Shown here one piece after another: positions 13,508 to 25,022 of a stretch of 64,000 nucleotides of DNA. The DNA is from Marsupella aquatica (Eukaryota; Plantae; Marchantiophyta): positions 12,709,375 through 12,773,374 of the forward strand of contig OZ316897.1 of the NCBI GenBank assembly GCA_973895155.1. Direction: 5' to 3'. Each line of letters begins with the position of its first letter. The stretch's first letter is position 1. The position numbers were made by a program, and so were the translations under genes. The notes beneath the pieces are model-generated. The model made no database searches. It worked only from the letters and a program-made list of their open reading frames with translations, and was not told the origin of the DNA.

Positions 13508-14035
13508 TCTGCTGAAGATCTTAGACTTTCAAAAAGAATTCTGTCTTCTTCTGTTGTAGCGTAGAACTTGTATTATGTTGTTTGACATTGACCTATGCTT
13601 TTTGGGAACCAGCTCAAACCAGGTGGAAGTATACCAGAGAAAGGCAGGAAATTGTCTCTTCACATAAAGAACCGAAAGGAGCTCAGCCGTGATGTTATCA
13701 AGGTGAGACCTGTGACATTACAGTTGCTGAATTGTAGAATTTCAGTTTAAAAGTTGGTATGGAGATTTGGCATAAACTATGACAGGACCAGCACTTATTA
13801 TTTCTACTACGAGCCGCTGAAGTTTTTTGTTATCTCTGCACCTGTCTTTGAATTGCGTGTCTATGTGCCATATGACAGTTTAGGGTTTATGAATTGAATT
13901 TTGTGTCTATGTGCCATATGACAGTCAGATACAGCAACGGTCGAAATTCCTGAAGTCGAACTAGAACTTGCTGCAGGCACTCTTGGGGGACTTGTTACGA
14001 CTGTTGAAGGCTTGGTCTCTCAAGTTAGTGAAAGT
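13508..14035 (+). other. Duplicated ZPR1 segment (copy of ~22567-23119: intron end, exon 12, intron, exon 13) inserted in the leader intron of F-box/Kelch copy 1
   Basis: Colinear with ZPR1. Exon copy 13613-13702 has 5 substitutions versus 22685-22774; exon copy 13925-14035 is identical to 23009-23119. AG/GT sites retained. Confidence 0.95.
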
Positions 14036-14044
14036 TTAGGTGCA

Positions 14045-15277
14045 ATGGAGAAACGCTTTTGTACTACATTGAGCTCAGGAACGTTGCCGGCAATCTCACC
14101 TCCACACACACTGCAAGACGGCGAGAGATGTCTGCTACTGGAGGAGCTGCTTCCAGGGATTCAAAATCATATTACCTTGGATAAAATTGCCTCTAAGCTG
14201 TCTTGGAAAGATTTTCATGTCCTCTCATCAGTAAGTCGGTGCTGGCATCATGCAATTCAAAATCGTCACGTGTACGATGTGAGAGTCCGTTTGCAGTCAA
14301 GAGAGACCCTTGCTCTGATTTATGGGAATCGTGGTGGTTACTCCTCTGAACTCACTCTCTATTCCACTAGAGACCGTTCTTGTTATCGACTTCTTCCAAA
14401 CCTGTCAAACAGGAATGAGGGAATCCGGCTATTCAACCAGTGTGTTACAGTGGATGGGAAAATTTATGTCCTGGGAGGACGCAAACCTGATCGTATCAAC
14501 GTATACATGTTGGACCTTGCGGGGCAGAGGCAGTGGACACAGTGTGCGAGTATGAGGCATCCAATATCTTCCTTGAAATGCACTGTCATCAATGGGAAGA
14601 TTTTTGCATTTGGGAATAGAGGCAGGGGCCGCCAGTCTCGGGAAGGAGAGGTGTATGATCCCAAGGAAAATACTTGGTCTCCAATCAAGACCATGCCGAT
14701 TGAGACCATGAGCAAATTCTTCCGTCATCTGGTTCACACAGTTGAAGTGCTGGGACATGAGCTGTTTCATTGTGGGTACACTCTAGCTTGCCCAACAGAC
14801 CGGTCCTCGGACTCAGAGCAGAACGAGCGCCCAGAATGTGCACTTTATAATCCAGTCAAGGATGAGTGGAGAGATTTTAAACATTTCGATAGGGAGAATG
14901 AATTCCCATTTGTGGCACATGGACGCTTGCATTCAATGGGTAGAAGAGCTATATATGTCCACGATGTTGACAGTCATTCATGGAGTCAGCTGCATACCTT
15001 TCCGTTGGATGGAGTGGACGATAATCGTATGGACGATATTGATATGGACGGAAACATCTTGTTTCCAATTTCTGCTAGAGCTGTGGAAGACGAGCTGTTA
15101 GTCTTAATGAACTGGTATGAGGGTCTGTTTGGTGCTACCTCCGGGTTCTGTCTTCTTCAGAGCAAGGGCTTTGGTGGTGACAAAGAAGAAATTCAGTGGG
15201 AGAAAGTACCAGTTGATTTTACCGAAAATCATTATGATTCCAGTACTCTTTGTCCAGTATCTCTCCTTGAACTTTGA
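14045..15277 (+). CDS. F-box/Kelch-repeat protein, copy 1 (intronless core ORF; possibly N-terminally extended by ZPR1-derived exons)
   Basis: F-box-like LLPGIQNHITLDKIASKLSWKDFHVLSSVSRCW. Kelch repeats GKIYVLGG...W...ASM and GKIFAFG...EVYDPKENTW. Confidence 0.9.
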   Translation: MEKRFCTTLSSGTLPAISPPHTLQDGERCLLLEELLPGIQNHITLDKIASKLSWKDFHVLSSVSRCWHHAIQNRHVYDVRVRLQSRETLALIYGNRGGYSSELTLYSTRDRSCYRLLPNLSNRNEGIRLFNQCVTVDGKIYVLGGRKPDRINVYMLDLAGQRQWTQCASMRHPISSLKCTVINGKIFAFGNRGRGRQSREGEVYDPKENTWSPIKTMPIETMSKFFRHLVHTVEVLGHELFHCGYTLACPTDRSSDSEQNERPECALYNPVKDEWRDFKHFDRENEFPFVAHGRLHSMGRRAIYVHDVDSHSWSQLHTFPLDGVDDNRMDDIDMDGNILFPISARAVEDELLVLMNWYEGLFGATSGFCLLQSKGFGGDKEEIQWEKVPVDFTENHYDSSTLCPVSLLEL

Positions 15278-15650
15278 GATGACTTCTAAGGTCGATTCGC
15301 TCAGGTTTCCAGATTAGCAGGTCAGGTGGAGTCGTCAACTTGTGGCCACGCCTCGATCTGGCTAGCACATTCAGTAAATTACTCATGCTGGAGTGCAACA
15401 GATGTACCGCTACCCTGATGTCAAGAAATTGGCATGGTGACCGTCTTCTGCTGAATCCAACTCCGTTTCTCCTCTCTCTTTCATCAAATTTCACCTCAAC
15501 AAGAATCAGCAGCAAATAGACGAAGAAGCTTTCACTAATTTGGCAGGCAAACATTGCGTCAGTTTGATAATTATCATCAACCCAACGCTTTTGCTCGCAA
15601 TGACTGGCAGACATTTTTCTTGAAGAGGCTTACAGAAACGAGTTGAGCTG

Positions 15651-15830
15651 TCGGCTAATTGATTCATCTTCGGCTAATTGATTCATCTTCTGCTTCCCAC
15701 AGATTCTTGATGAGATCCTAATACGTATCGTCGTCTAGAACATCGGATGTCAAGCAATGTCGTGGTAAAAACGAAGGAAAAGTTTCCTCACTGCGCATTC
15801 TTCTCACTGTGCATTCTTCTCACTGTGCAT
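15651..15830. repeat. Short tandem repeats (19-bp TCGGCTAATTGATTCATCT x2; 16-bp CTCACTGYGCATTCTT x3)
   Basis: Direct reading. Confidence 0.8.
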
Positions 15831-18458
15831 TTTCTCCATCTATTAAAAGTTAAGAACAGAAAAATCACGGGAGGGAGGTTTATGACAAACCCCTTGACAA
15901 TGTGGTTTACAATATTTTGCACGAAAAGGGTGGGTACTGTTTGCAGCCCCCGCAGAACTAAAGTTCAACCAAAACTCAATTGCCAGTATAAAACCGGTTC
16001 TAAACTCTCACTCGCTTCCCATCAAACCCTAGTAAACTAGCAGCATTCTTTCCGTGATTTCTTCAAAAAATAAAACCATCTTGAGACGTGCTTTTCTTGG
16101 GGAGACGTGTAGATCTGGGTGATTGCCAAGTTTTGAGCTGGAAATCACCCCTTATGGTGCACTAATGAATGAGATGTAGATCTGAGTGAGAGTTAGCTTT
16201 TGAGAAGTAAAGTACCCCCAATGCTGAACTGGTGATATGACAGGGATACTCAAATTTGTGCTCCTTGGTATGCGCAATTGTCCTGAAAATCCCAGAAACA
16301 CTGTGATCCTTGGTGTGCACAACTGTTCAATATGTATCATGGTTATAATTACCAACCTTCGTGATTTTCTTCTTTGTCAATTTAGGGCATTTACGTAGAA
16401 AGTTTTACGTACCATTCTTGATGATAATTACCAACCTTCGTGAATTTTTTTCTTTGTAAATTTTAGGGCATTTATGGAGAATACTGCCCAGTGAAGATTT
16501 TTGTTCATTTAAAAATTTCTCTCTACTTTTACGAGAATTGGTAAAAAGAAATTTCTTGTGCCTGCAAGTGTACTAAAGACCTGTTACCATTATGGCACAA
16601 AATGCTCTGGATGGGAGTTTACTGTATCCATACAGTGGTTAGTTAGGTACTTTGTATGGGAACTAGTACATTAAGCCCTCCTAGATGACTTCATCATCAA
16701 GTTTTCTCCACAATTCCACACTAGGTAAAACATTTTTCTAAATTTTGGAAGACTTCATTTTGACAACTTCCTCCCAAGAGGCCTGTACCTTACATGAATT
16801 GCCCAAAGGCTCCAAACACAATCAAATGGAGTGGGAGTATGAAATTTCAAGACATGGTTAGACTTATTTGCTTGTATTGCATAATTAGGGTTTACTTAGG
16901 GTTAGGGTTGAAAAATGGACCATTCAAAAACAACATGAACATCATGTGAAATATGCAATGAACAAGTTAATAGTCAACACAAGAGATGTGGGGTTCACAC
17001 AACTAGGTCCTGCACCAGGTAATACGCCCATAGAAATACACAAGAGAGCTGCACTTGAACTCTAGGCCAGTTGATCATGCCTAGTCTTCATTACTAAGCT
17101 CCCTCATCTAGATGGCTCTATAACAATGAGCCTAAGTAAATGCCATTCACAAGCAAAATCTTGCTAGTGAATATACTAGTGGCATATTTAAAACTAAATT
17201 CTAGACCCAAGAGTAAATAATGCCTAACAATCCCTTGTCTTTTTGCTCTTAGTGCATTGACACCTATAAAGTTAAAGTACAATCTACACAATTTACATGG
17301 AAACAGAAGGATGAAGCTCCTTCCCTACACCTGTTCAGGTGTTGCAATTAGGATTTGTGGAGTTGGATCAGCCACGAAATGTAAGAGCACCCTCAAATTT
17401 ATAAGAACAAGAACACAAAAATTGAATCATATCAAGTGACTCACTCAACCTGAAGTTGATGATCAATGTACAAAAAATCTTTCAATCCTAAATGGACTCT
17501 ATTGGGTTCCCCCCTTGAGGTGGTGAAGAAAGAGACCTTTACTAGGGACATTCTAGTTTTGGCCAATATTTAAACCATCTCCTGAGGTGGTATTTTGAAA
17601 GGACCTGTCTCTTTCTTCTTATTTTATCTGTAAATGTACATGCATCTCGACACTCACCACTCTAGAGACTTTCAATCAAAACTGAGAAGGCTTATTGCAC
17701 TAGGAGATTGGTCGTAGCGGGCTGCTTCCTTCTGGATGCAAAGCATTGGCAGTCCAGCCTTGGCTGCAGAAAACTTCAGGCAACAACTTTGGTGAGCTCA
17801 GACCAAGGTACACTGGGGATTCCAAAACTGGGCTGATCCCACTATAGTCGCACCCGGCCAGGCCCAATAGCAGAGCAATTAATGGGAGGGCTTTGTTAAA
17901 GGGAGTCTCAAATATCCCCTGCAAATGAAAGCTTCCAAGAATGGGGCAAAATGTGAAAGTGCTGCAGCAAGCACACAAAGTGCCGCCCAAACCTTTTTTA
18001 AGTCTAAATTTTTCCTTGTACAGAAACACATGACAGCTTTTGTGTCAGGCATTTATTCTGAGATCTAGGGTTACAACTATAATCGTAGTGAACATAACCT
18101 TTGAGGAAGTGAACCATGTATCTCTCTATCTTGATTACTTGTGTATTGGATATTCAAGGGCTTGTTGTTGGGGATGTCATCTTTGCTCAACACTTTGCAT
18201 GTAGCCTCACACTCCTAGAGTCATCTTGCTTGCCCTACCTCACTCTCCAAGCTCTCGCCACGTGCGTAGGTCAAGTCCTGCGGCCCTACTGGGCAGACCA
18301 CCTAGTACTCGTCCTCCATATCCTCCCGCTCGTGTGCTACACAGGGTTAGGGAGAGGAAAGGGGGCAGGGGCCACACGCTTACATGGAACCTGATGTGGC
18401 CGAAACGGGGGCGAGGAAGCGCGAATGGTAGATTGTTCGAGTTCGAAGAGAACAGACC

Positions 18459-18490
18459 AGAAGAGAAGAGAAGAGAAGAGAAGAGAAGAA
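18459..18490 (+). repeat. (AGAAG)n pentanucleotide microsatellite in the ZPR1 leader region
   Basis: About 6 units, ~140 bp upstream of the ATG at 18631. Confidence 0.85.
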
Positions 18491-18630
18491 AGGTCGAGGA
18501 TTTTTAGAAAATTTGACTGAGTGCTTCGATGCTACAGAATTCGATCGCGGAAAGATCACTTTGCACAGCGTATCTGTTCATCGAGGAGGACTAGAAAACG
18601 AAGGGTTTGTTTGAAGAGATTTGGGAAAGG

Positions 18631-21600
18631 ATGAGTCTCGAGGACGGGGGCGTGTTGGATGTCGGAGCGGCGACGGACTCAGTGAGCTCCGGCGCCGACG
18701 ATGCGCCGTTGCACACTCTGGAGAGCCTGTGCATGCGCTGTGGAAACAATGTGAGTATTTCTCTTCTGATTGTTCGCACGGGAGATGATGTTATGTGATG
18801 TGATGAGATAAAAATCTTGCTAGGTGCATTGTTTGTGGAGCAAGGGTTTTAGAGGCTTTTGCTCGGTCTCCTGCAATTCTTCCGTTTTCGACTCCGCTTG
18901 TTCTTTGTGAATTTTTCATGGCTGGGGCCGACAGACGTTCTTCCTGTATTGCCTTGCCTTTACGATGTTCAAGCATCTTCGGGATTTTCCCCCTAGTATT
19001 TACGATTTTGCGCTGGCGCAATTCACAGGGCACTACACGCTTTTTGATTACCAAGGTTCCTCACTTTCGAGAGGTACGGTGCTTTATGCTGAAACAATTC
19101 GCAACCAGGGGCTCAATTTAGTTGTGAATTTGATCACTATCAATTTTTTCCATGGCTCAGAGCTTACTGGAAGTAGGAAAAAATTACGGATTAGTGGAAT
19201 TGTTCGTTGTCCGAAAAGGGAAACGGTTACATTTGCGAGGTGACGTCTCTCATTTCACTTTGTTATCCGTTTACGTGCAGGTCGTTCTTATGGCCTTCGA
19301 GTGCCCTCATTGTAATGAAAGGTGAAAGACCTACCGCTTGAGTGATTGCCACTTATGAGATTTTGTGTTATAGGAATGTCCCTCTGGCTTTAGCATTTCT
19401 TCACTAATTATATTTACTTTTGGATAACACTCCTGTGAGGTTTCCTGTTCAGAGAGCGCAGATTTCAGGGAAACGACACACCAGCTCAATTCTGTTTTTG
19501 CTTCTCCAGCGATCTCTTCCACTTTCAATTTATTTTTCGGCGTGATCTGACTCGCAGGAATAACGAGGTTCAATTCGCTGGACAAGTTCAGCCTCAGGGA
19601 TGTACTTACACGTTGAGTGTTCCAGCTGGTGATCCACAGGTATGCATTCTTTACTTGTAGTTAAAATGGTTGATGTGTGACCATATGATCTAAAGTTTAT
19701 TGAGTTATGATGCTGAAAACTAACGAACGTCAGCTCATGATTTTTCGAATCCAAAGAGTTTCAAAGTAGTAGGAATCTTGGGCGAGGGTTGCAACTTTGA
19801 TGCATTGTTATGTGTCGGTTCAATTCTGTGAGCAATTATTTTTCATCAGTGAAATCGTATTCTACTGTCTGAGCTTTTCTGCTGTACCATAAGGATCACT
19901 TGGCACTATAACCTCACTTTGTAAGTATAAAACAGGTGCTGAATCGGCAAGTGGTGAAGTCAGACTCTGGCACCATCAAGGTATGCTTAGAATAGTCGTT
20001 TTGAATTTCTCAGGTGATAGGATATTTGTGTAACTGGGTATTTTGCTTCTCTTATGGCTTTTTACCTGGTCTTATAATATGATTCAAAAGATATCCTAGG
20101 GCTTCATACGGACTGCGATGTACTGACCCATTCAGCATATAATCATCGCAAAAAGTAGCCGTTCTTACCATTTGCAATGTTGCAGATTTTAGAACTTGAC
20201 TTCGAAGTGCCTCCTGAAGCTCAACGCGGTACTCTTTCAACGGTTGGCCTTCTCGAAACAGTTGATTGAATTTCTTACATTGTATAGTTCTGATCTCAGT
20301 TTTTATTGATCTGGGTCTGTTTTACAGTCCTTTTGTTCTACGCTCTCTGTACATATTCTAACCGCAGTAGCTGTAAATATTCGCGTCTCTGCCAGCCTGA
20401 TTCCAAATTTCTAAGGACTACATGCATTATATCTGGTATTACTAGCGAGTAGTCGCTTGGTTTCGTTCCTGTCTGTCTTTATTTCCTGCATAGTGGATAG
20501 AAAACAGTACGTCCCAGGATAGAGAAGTAGATTCGCCAGAGCATAGGACGTTAACTAGGTTTTTGTTTCTGGCCAGATTGAAGGCGTTCTGTCAAGAGCT
20601 GCAGAAGAGTTGGAAGCTTTGCAATCAGAGCGCCGGGTATGCACAAGCTTCAATACGGCAGTTTTATCTTTTGCATAAATTCTTTTGACGATTGTTTAGT
20701 GGAAAAATGCACGAAATATATATCCGTGAAATAATTAACACGGTTTTGAGAAAGTACAATTGGCTGAGATTTATCAGCCAATGAAAACTTGCCCTCAGTA
20801 CAGTATGCTTAGAGTGCGACGTATTGCAAGAGAGCACGTATGTAGATAAGGTGTGAATCGGTCGCATATACGGTAGCATCGAGTTAAGGGACAACATGAG
20901 GTCGAATGCGTGGACGCTCAAGGGAAATGGGTTGGAAAGTGAAGTGCTTGTACTTCAAATCACGTGACCTAAATATCACAGACACTTCTTTTACATTGCA
21001 TTAGAAGGATCTGTTGTTTGTCACCTTTCCGCATCACGTGTTGTCAAGATTGAGTTACTAACTTAAAAAAGCATTGAATCTATCAGAAAGTAGACTTAAA
21101 AATGGCTGAGGCGATAGACGCGTTTCTCCTGAAGTTGAAGGCATGTGCTTCTGGTGAGCAAGCCTTCACATTTGTTATTGATGATCCATCAGGCAACAGC
21201 TTCATTGAGAACCCGTAGGTTGCGCCCCGTCATCTGTCCGAAATTTCCCTTTTCTCTAAAATTGCATGATGTTTTGCTGGTCGTACGGTTTGTGTTTTGT
21301 GTTTCGTTCTCAATTATGCTGCTTTTCCAGCGATCTGGACAATATTCTCTGGTGCCCTTAGTGGTCAGTGGCGTTTAGCTCGCCTATGACTAATAAGATA
21401 TTGAACTCTAAGTCGTTTTTTCCCTTCCTTAAAAGATCAAAGTGAAATAATTAACTGCTTGTGCATGTTTCTTGTAGGAATGCGCCAGCATCGGACCCAC
21501 TACTGGCAACCCATTACTATGACCGAACTGCTGATCAGCATGCTGCGTTAGGCTTCCTTGCTGAGACCCATGACCCGCCATCTGCAAATCAAACTGGGCA

Positions 21601-23770
21601 TAGTGTAGCCAGTGCTAGTGAGCAAAGGCATGGATATACACCTGCTGGGACGACAAGAGAGCCTCATGGTTCTGTAGGCGCCGAAGGAGCACATCGAGCA
21701 ATTGCCCATGGCAACACTGACACTGTTGCTGCAGCCCTTTTCAAATATTCTGCTCCTGAAGAGGTGGACTTTGTACCACTCCTTTGTCTTAGTTATGATA
21801 CGAGTCTTCCATTCAATCTGATCCGCATAATTCAATATTGCAGTTAAGACATTCTGTTCTGTGAGCTCGAAGGAAGATGCGATCTTGACGTGCTTGCTCT
21901 GCAGGTTATGACTTTTCCGTCAACTTGTGGGAGCTGTTCAGCTGCTTGTGAAACACGAATGTTTGTCACTAGTATCCTCTAATGCGACACGATCTCAAAA
22001 TTTTGATTTAATGGCAGTGATGGCTAATTCACATTGTACCATTAAAGTTTAGGGTGGGAACTGCTAAGTCGTATACATTCAATGTCTTTGTCTTTCACGC
22101 TGGCATTGAAATTTTTGCTTTTCACAATTTAAATTTTTTGATAGTGGATCCAGTATTTGGCAGAGTTTCAATCCTTTACTGCAGTTTCAATCAGATATTC
22201 CATATTTCAAGGAAGTAATTGTCATGGCCTCGACCTGTGACAATTGTGGTTACCGCAACTCTGAGGTAAGCACTTGGTCTCTCGCAGTTTTGTTTAAGTC
22301 CCACGAATTTCTCTTCTGCCCTGTCATACGTTGCTGCTATCAAATTCTCGTTTCAACTATCAACACTAAATGAAAATAGCAGAATGTAGAATGTGGAATT
22401 AGGGTAGGGTGAGGGGAACTCCCGAAAATCAGAAAGCGTTCTCTTGCAGGACCTTCAAAGTGTAAGCCCTTCGCGTCACTCAACAAAGTTTTCTTTATTT
22501 ACTGTCGCTCTAATTTCTACTTGGTGGCATCCTGGGAGAGTTCTACTCGTTTACTAGTTTCATTTCTCTGCTCAAGATATTAGACTTTCAAAAAGAGCTC
22601 TGTCTTCTTCCGCAATTGTCATAACTTGTAGCGTAGAACTTGTATTATATTGTTTGACATTGACCTTTGCTTTTGGGGAACCAGCTCAAACCAGGTGGAA
22701 GTATACCAGAAAAAGGCAGGAAATTGTCTCTTCGCATAAAGAACCAAAAGGACCTAAGCCGTGATGTTATCAAGGTGAGACCTGTGACTTTACAGACGTT
22801 CAATTGTAAAATTTATTATCCAATAAGTTTTTAAAAGTTGATATAAAGATTTGGCACAAACGACGACAGTACCGGCAATTATTATCTCTACTAGGAGCGG
22901 CTGAAGTTTTTCGTTATCTCCGCACTTGTCTTTGAATTGCGTGTCTGTGTGCCCTATGACAATTTACGGTTTATGAATTGAATTCTGTGTCTATGTGCCA
23001 TATGACAGTCAGATACAGCAACGGTCGAAATTCCTGAAGTCGAACTAGAACTTGCTGCAGGCACTCTTGGGGGACTTGTTACGACTGTTGAAGGCTTGGT
23101 CTCTCAAGTTAGTGAAAGTAAACTTCTCACTGTACCTCTTTTCAGTGCGACCAAATAATTCTTCCCAGTACTTATCGGTAGTCATAGCCATGCTATTACG
23201 TATTACGTTTTTGGTGCAGCCTTCATGTCGACCCTTAGTTTTTATAACCAGTGAAGACTTGTGCAGATCTAAAACGTGTTCACGGATTCAGTATTGGAGA
23301 CAGTGCTGATCCATGGCAGAAGAGTAAATGGCAAGACTTCGACAGGAATTTGAAGAAGGTGAGGCACATTGATACAACGATGACACGGAACTCTATCGAC
23401 TAGAAGCCATTTTATAAAACTACTAGTAGCAGTAGCTGGTTCCGGCAGTACTGAGAGTTACCAACATGCCATGCTGGTGCAGTTGCTGGATGTAGAGGAG
23501 GAATGGACATTAATCCTTGATGATGCTCTCGCCAACTCCTTCATTGCACCTGCGACTGATGACTACGAAGCTGACAGCCAGTTGACGGGTAAGTTTCTCA
23601 ATCTCAACGAGTAGCTTTATTAGTGTCTTGAAGCGAAGGCATGTGGCTAATCTGCTTTTCTATTTGCAGCTGTCGATTATGCTAGAACGTGGGAACAGGA
23701 TGAAGACCTTGGGCTCCATGACATGGATACATCATCTGCAGATGCGGCTTACGAGCCTGCAAGGGCTTAA
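18631..23770 (+). CDS. ZPR1: Zinc finger protein ZPR1, 16 exons (18631-18750, 19029-19073, 19281-19321, 19558-19639, 19936-19980, 20186-20242, 20577-20636, 21087-21214, 21478-21763, 21905-21971, 22195-22265, 22685-22774, 23009-23117, 23267-23358, 23483-23588, 23670-23770)
   Basis: Spliced protein has two ZPR1 modules: ESLCMRC..TRFLITKVPHFREVVLMAFECPHC..NNE..LNRQVVKS..DDPSGNSFIENP and [77 protein letters not shown]. All junctions are in phase. Confidence 0.96.
21972..22194 (+). other. U12-type (minor spliceosome) GT-AG intron in ZPR1
   Basis: 5' splice site GTATCCTCT; branch-like TCCTTTAC at 22172-22179, ~16 nt from the AG; splicing restores MFVTNIPYFKE. Confidence 0.8.
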
Positions 23771-24759
23771 GCTACGACAAGTTATCAATGAGTTCCACCT
23801 CGAGTAGTTCCTCTGGTATTCGGTAGTAGGTGGAGCGGTAAGGGTCATCAAGTAGGTGCTCGGTCTCATGATCTTCGAACTGGGAGAATGGTGCCCGACT
23901 AGTAGTACCAGTTATGCGCGTAAAATTTTTCCCATCTCCTGATATATTCCTTGGTGACATTGATCTGAAACATCGCTTATTACCACCTTCTTGGATGGCC
24001 GAAGTCTTCTCCACTGATCTGTTCTGCCCCATCGATGCACTTTCCACTTCGGGCTAGCGTGGTCTAAGTCTCGCTACTGAAGATTTTTCTGTACCAGGTG
24101 ACGTCTATTGTCCCTTTGTACGGGTCCTCCTGTTTCAGGTGATGTTGACTGACCATCCTGTATATTGTCAATTATTAAATGCTAAAGTGGAACCATTGTA
24201 ACGAAACGAACATGGTACAGCTACATCTATGCAGCAGCAGCATTGTCACTGTCGGTTGGACCTGGTGCGGGACATTTGAATGAATTGTGGAGAAAGTGTA
24301 CACCCCTTTTATCCCCAAACCAATCGTCCAAAATTGGAGACAATACGACGATCCTTTTAAGACCTACATTTTGTATCTGCTCTCTCTTCTGCGCTAGCAA
24401 ACTCACCGCCATCGATTCGATCGACGAAAGTTACATTATTATCGAGACATTCCCATAGCGAAGCATCCCCTACAATTATGAATCAATTGAATTGAGATTG
24501 GGATCGAATGGATCAACTCACTTCGAATTATGAGTTTGTAATAACTCTGTTAAGATTGATGGTGATGATCGTAGTGAGCTCATCCTGGAGGGATCGGACT
24601 ACTCGATTTGAATTTGGGTGACTATATTGATCAGAATCTTGTACTAAATATGGGAACTGATTCCCAACTCAATATGTTTGCGTTGGATCACCCTAGATTT
24701 AAGGAAAGCCATCAGATTGTGATTAATAGGCCCTATCTGTTGGTCGGGGAAATAAGGGA

Positions 24760-25022
24760 ATGGTTGCTATTAGGGGCCTCAAAACTTTATGTGTCTTAAC
24801 CAGTTCGTTACCTTAGGTTCCTAGCCCCGACTATTCTTTCTTTGAATGTGAATAGCTTCCTAACCTTAGGTTCCTAGCCCCGACTATTCTTTCTTTGAAC
24901 GTGAATAGCTTCCTAGCCCTGACTATTCATTCTTTGAACGTGAATAGCGTGGTTGCTATTAGGGGCCTCAAAACTTGATGTGCCTTAACCAGTAGTACTT
25001 GTTCTTTGAACAGTGAATAGCA
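24760..25022. repeat. Compound tandem repeat (TTCCTAGCCCYGACTATTC.TTCTTTGAAYGTGAATAGC x3, bracketed by GGTTGCTATTAGGGGCCTCAAAAC x2)
   Basis: Direct reading; followed by AT-rich duplicated blocks at ~25075-25400. Confidence 0.8.

Noticed and set aside
16000-18390. Possible decayed transposon between F-box copy 1 and ZPR1
   Set aside because: CpG-poor and repeat-like, but no TIR, TSD or transposase motif could be demonstrated.
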